Shown here one piece after another: positions 61,010-64,000 of a DNA stretch of 64,000 nucleotides. This stretch comes from Cyanophora paradoxa CCMP329 (Eukaryota > Plantae > Glaucophyta), in contig QPMI01000519.1 in assembly GCA_004431415.1 (NCBI GenBank), forward strand, positions 62,001 to 126,000, given 5' to 3'. A program made the position numbers and the translations under genes. Numbering within the stretch: the first letter of the stretch is position 1; each line of letters starts with the position of its first letter. The notes below the pieces were generated by a model. It had not been told where the DNA came from. It was given only the letters and a program-made list of their open reading frames with translations, and ran no database searches.

Positions 61010-63200
61010 ATGTGTGCCAGCGCTCCGACCCTCGAGGGCGCCTCGGTTCGTAGCTATAGCTTTGCCCCCCCCCCCCCCCCGCATTCTTTTTTCCCCTCTT
61101 TCTTTCTTCCTTCTTCCGCCTCTTTCCCCCCTTCCTCCTCCTTTCCTCCTCCCCTCCCCCCCTCCCCCCTCCCCGGCCCCTCCTTCCCGCCCTTCTCCTC
61201 CCCGCCGCACCCCTGTAAGCTTGCAGCCGCAGGCTCTCGCGGCGTCTCTGCCCCCCGAGCTCTGGGCCGGCGGGCGCCCCGCCAGCCTCGATCGGCACTC
61301 CGCCTCGTGAGTCCCCGCCCCGCGGCCGCCCGGCCTGCAGCCGCATCTCGCCGCCGTCTTCATGCGTGGCGGGTCGCCCTCAGGTGGTTCCTCCAGACCG
61401 AGGGCGAGGGCCGGGGCGAGGGCGCGGGCGGCGGCAGGCCCGAGGCGCACCGCCCGATCGCGAGCCCGGATCCGGAGGCGGCGCGGAGCTCGAGGTCGAG
61501 CGTGCTGCTCTCGCCGGCGGGGGGCGTCGACGAGAGCGGGGGCCCGCACCTCCTCTTCCTCGAGGTCGCCGCCGGCTGCGAGCTCGAGCGCGAGCTGGAG
61601 CTCCAGCTCGCCGCCCTCGCCCTCCTCGGGCGCCCGCGCGACCCGTGCGCCCCCCGCCCGCCTCTGCCCCGCCAGCGACGGAGCGCTCCGCCGCAGGGGC
61701 GGCCACCGGCTCGTGGAGGCGCGCTGGCTCCTGCACGGGGCCCGCTGCCTCGCCCTCCAGCAACCCCTCTCCCCCTTCCAGAGGTCGGGCCCCGCCCCGC
61801 CCGCCCCGCGCCGTGCCTTCCGTCGACGTCGCTGTATCTCACTCGGCACGCGCACCGAGCCGCGCGGGCAGGTACGACATCGCGCTGGCGGTGAAGCGCG
61901 CGGTCGTGGACGGAGCGGGGGCCCCCGCCCCGGCGTCGGACGGCAAGCAGGGATCCGGAGAGGGGAAGGAGGAGGAGGAGGAGGAGGAGGGCGCGGGGGG
62001 GGAGGCCGCCTCCCGGTCCGCGATCCGATCCGATCTGATCTGATCCGATCTGATCCGTTCTGATCTGATCTGATCTGACTCGGATTCGAAGGGCGGAGGG
62101 GTACGCCGCGAACGTGTTCCTCTGCCAGTCGGAAGCCGAGTGGGACGCCACGCGCCCGGGTGCGCATGCGTGAGATTCCTCTGCAGCTACGCCTACAAAT
62201 TTGTAACCGACGACGACCCGCGGCGGGCCCGGCCGGCAGGGGTGCCGTACGGTGTCGCGGCGGGTTCCCTCCTGGAGGCGCTCCTCGCAAGGTCCGGGAC
62301 TCCAGAAGCCTGCTCTGCGGCTATTCGCAATCGAGTGCGAGCTCAGCGTTTCTCTGTCTGCCTGACTCCTCCGCACAGGCACGGCGACGCAGCGGGGGCG
62401 GGGGCGGGGCCGGGGGCGGGGCGGCTGCTGGGAGCGGCGGGGGACCCCGGGGGCGCCGCGGCCCTCTGGCGCCGCCACCTCCGCCGCCGCTTCGGCGCCC
62501 AGGGCGGCGCGCCTTCGAATTCTTCGGAATCTGCGCCTCTTCTCGGCCAACCTTCCTCTCTGCAGGCCTGTTCCGGGGGGCCTGGCGGCTGCTGGGGCTC
62601 GTGGCGGGGCGCTGCCCCGCCGCCTTCGCGTTCAACGTCCTCGCCCAGTGCTCCGCCAACGCCGCCGCCGTGCGCCGCCGCCCCCGCCCTCGGCCCCGAC
62701 CATCGCCGCGTTATCCCCACGAAAACACTCGAACCGCCCCGCAGATCCTCCTCAGCCTGATGGTCAGCGAGGTGAGCGACCGCCCGAGGCGAGAGCAAGT
62801 CTGATGCGCAGGGGATCTGACGGCGCGGGGCCCGGGGCAGCTGGCGGGGGGGGCGGGGGCGGGGGGCGTGGCGGTGCTCCTCGCCGTGGGCCTCTGCGCC
62901 AAGGCCGCCGGCCGCGGCCTCCAAAACGCCCTCGAGGCCCACGTGCGCCCCCGCCCCCCGCAAGTGAAAATTAGAAGCCCAGCAGAATCCACGGAATCGG
63001 GGAAAAAGATGTCAACGCTAAACAACTGCGCTATAGATGTCCAAAGTATACGTATAGGATTTAAAAACCGCGACCGCGACTCATGATGAGATGGGGCCCG
63101 GGCGGGGCAGATCCTGGCGAGCGTGACGCACGGGCTGCGGACGGACCTGGCCCGCCTCGTCCACCGCATGCCCGACGCCTTCTTCGACTCGTGCGCGCGC
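61010..63200 (+). CDS. Multi-exon protein, probably the N-terminal part of an ABC transporter (TM domain); boundaries uncertain
   Basis: Hydrophobic exons FAFNVLAQC, ILLSLMVSE and VAVLLAVGLCAKA, then ILASVTHGLRTDLARLVHRMPDAFFDS, which resembles the ABCB-type TM motif LR..L..LP..FFD. No ATPase domain within the window. Confidence 0.45.
62021..62078. repeat. (GATCT/GATCC)n pentamer microsatellite
   Basis: Seen directly. Confidence 0.8.
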
Positions 63201-64000
63201 GCGCGCCGGCTCCGGCTCGAGGCATTCCCGCCGATCCACATCCGAGAAAATTCGAAGCCGAGCACGTTCGAGTTGGAGCTCGAATTTCTAGCTGGAAGCT
63301 TCGAATTCGTGGCGTTGATAATTATATATAACGAATTTCGGCTGCTGGCCTGCGCGATATCGATCGATATCGGGCTCTCCTCCCCCCGGCCCCGCCTCGC
63401 TCTTGGTCATGATTCCCTCCCCGCGGCAGGAGCCCGGAGGCGGGCCTGCTGAACCTCTTCTCGGCGGACATGGTCCTCCTCGAGACATCCGTCGAGGCCT
63501 TCCTCGGGTCTGCCAGTGTCTAGTATTATTACTGAAATGCATATGCGCTCTAGATCTCAATGGGTCTTCCTCAACATTGGATGAAGCGCTCGAGCCAGCG
63601 CTCTGATGAAGTATTCGAGCCCGACTGCGATCCCTCCTGGTCGACGGGGCGGCGGCGTGCGCAGGTCGCTGGACACGGCGATCGGGCTCGTCTGCTGCTC
63701 TGGCCTCATCGCCGCCATCGAGATACGGTGACTGCGGTCGTGGTTTCGTTCCAGCGGCAATTATATAATGCCCCCCGTTCATGATCACAAGCACCAAACA
63801 GAAGCATCGCCTCACGAACTCGCTCTAGATCTGCGCTAGGCCTCAGATTTTATGAATCTCGCTTCAAGCAAATCAGTGCAATAAATCTCGCTTCGAATTC
63901 AAGATCTGCTCTGTCTTTAGCTCAGCGTGGCTTCAGCTTCAGCTCGCAGCCCCGCACACTCCAGCGCGCTCACGCTTCCTTCGATTTCCCGGCAGGATCT

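Overview
Very GC-rich, intron-dense eukaryotic nuclear DNA. Three predicted plastid transit peptides carry a Phe at or near the N-terminus, which suggests a glaucophyte such as Cyanophora (inference only). Most ORFs in the supplied track are GC-driven noise, and the real genes are split by many short introns, often GC-AG. Contents in order: (1) the 5' part of a secreted-protein gene; (2) a complete, very young 10.9-kb Ty3/gypsy LTR retrotransposon (875-11756, minus strand, identical 283-bp LTRs, ATGAG TSD); (3) a patch of MITE-like elements and putative transposon footprints; (4) a 6.24-kb tandem duplication (14908-21148 / 21149-~27391) holding an SYCP3/Cor1-like coiled-coil gene, a small divergent gene and the 5' half of an F-box gene; (5) a BAH-PHD-chromo-SNF2 (Mi-2/PICKLE-like) remodeler; (6) membrane, EF-hand, Deg protease, FMO, MYND and ABC-TM-like genes; (7) a second MITE cluster with hAT-like and Harbinger-like elements. 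The best candidate for a new system is the retrotransposon. It has no recognisable aspartic-protease active site, a -1 frameshift signal placed after an unknown domain, very long Pro/Ala linkers between Pol domains, an atypical PBS with tRNA-Sec-like geometry, and three 3'-UTR hairpins that display a sequence complementary to its own PBS.
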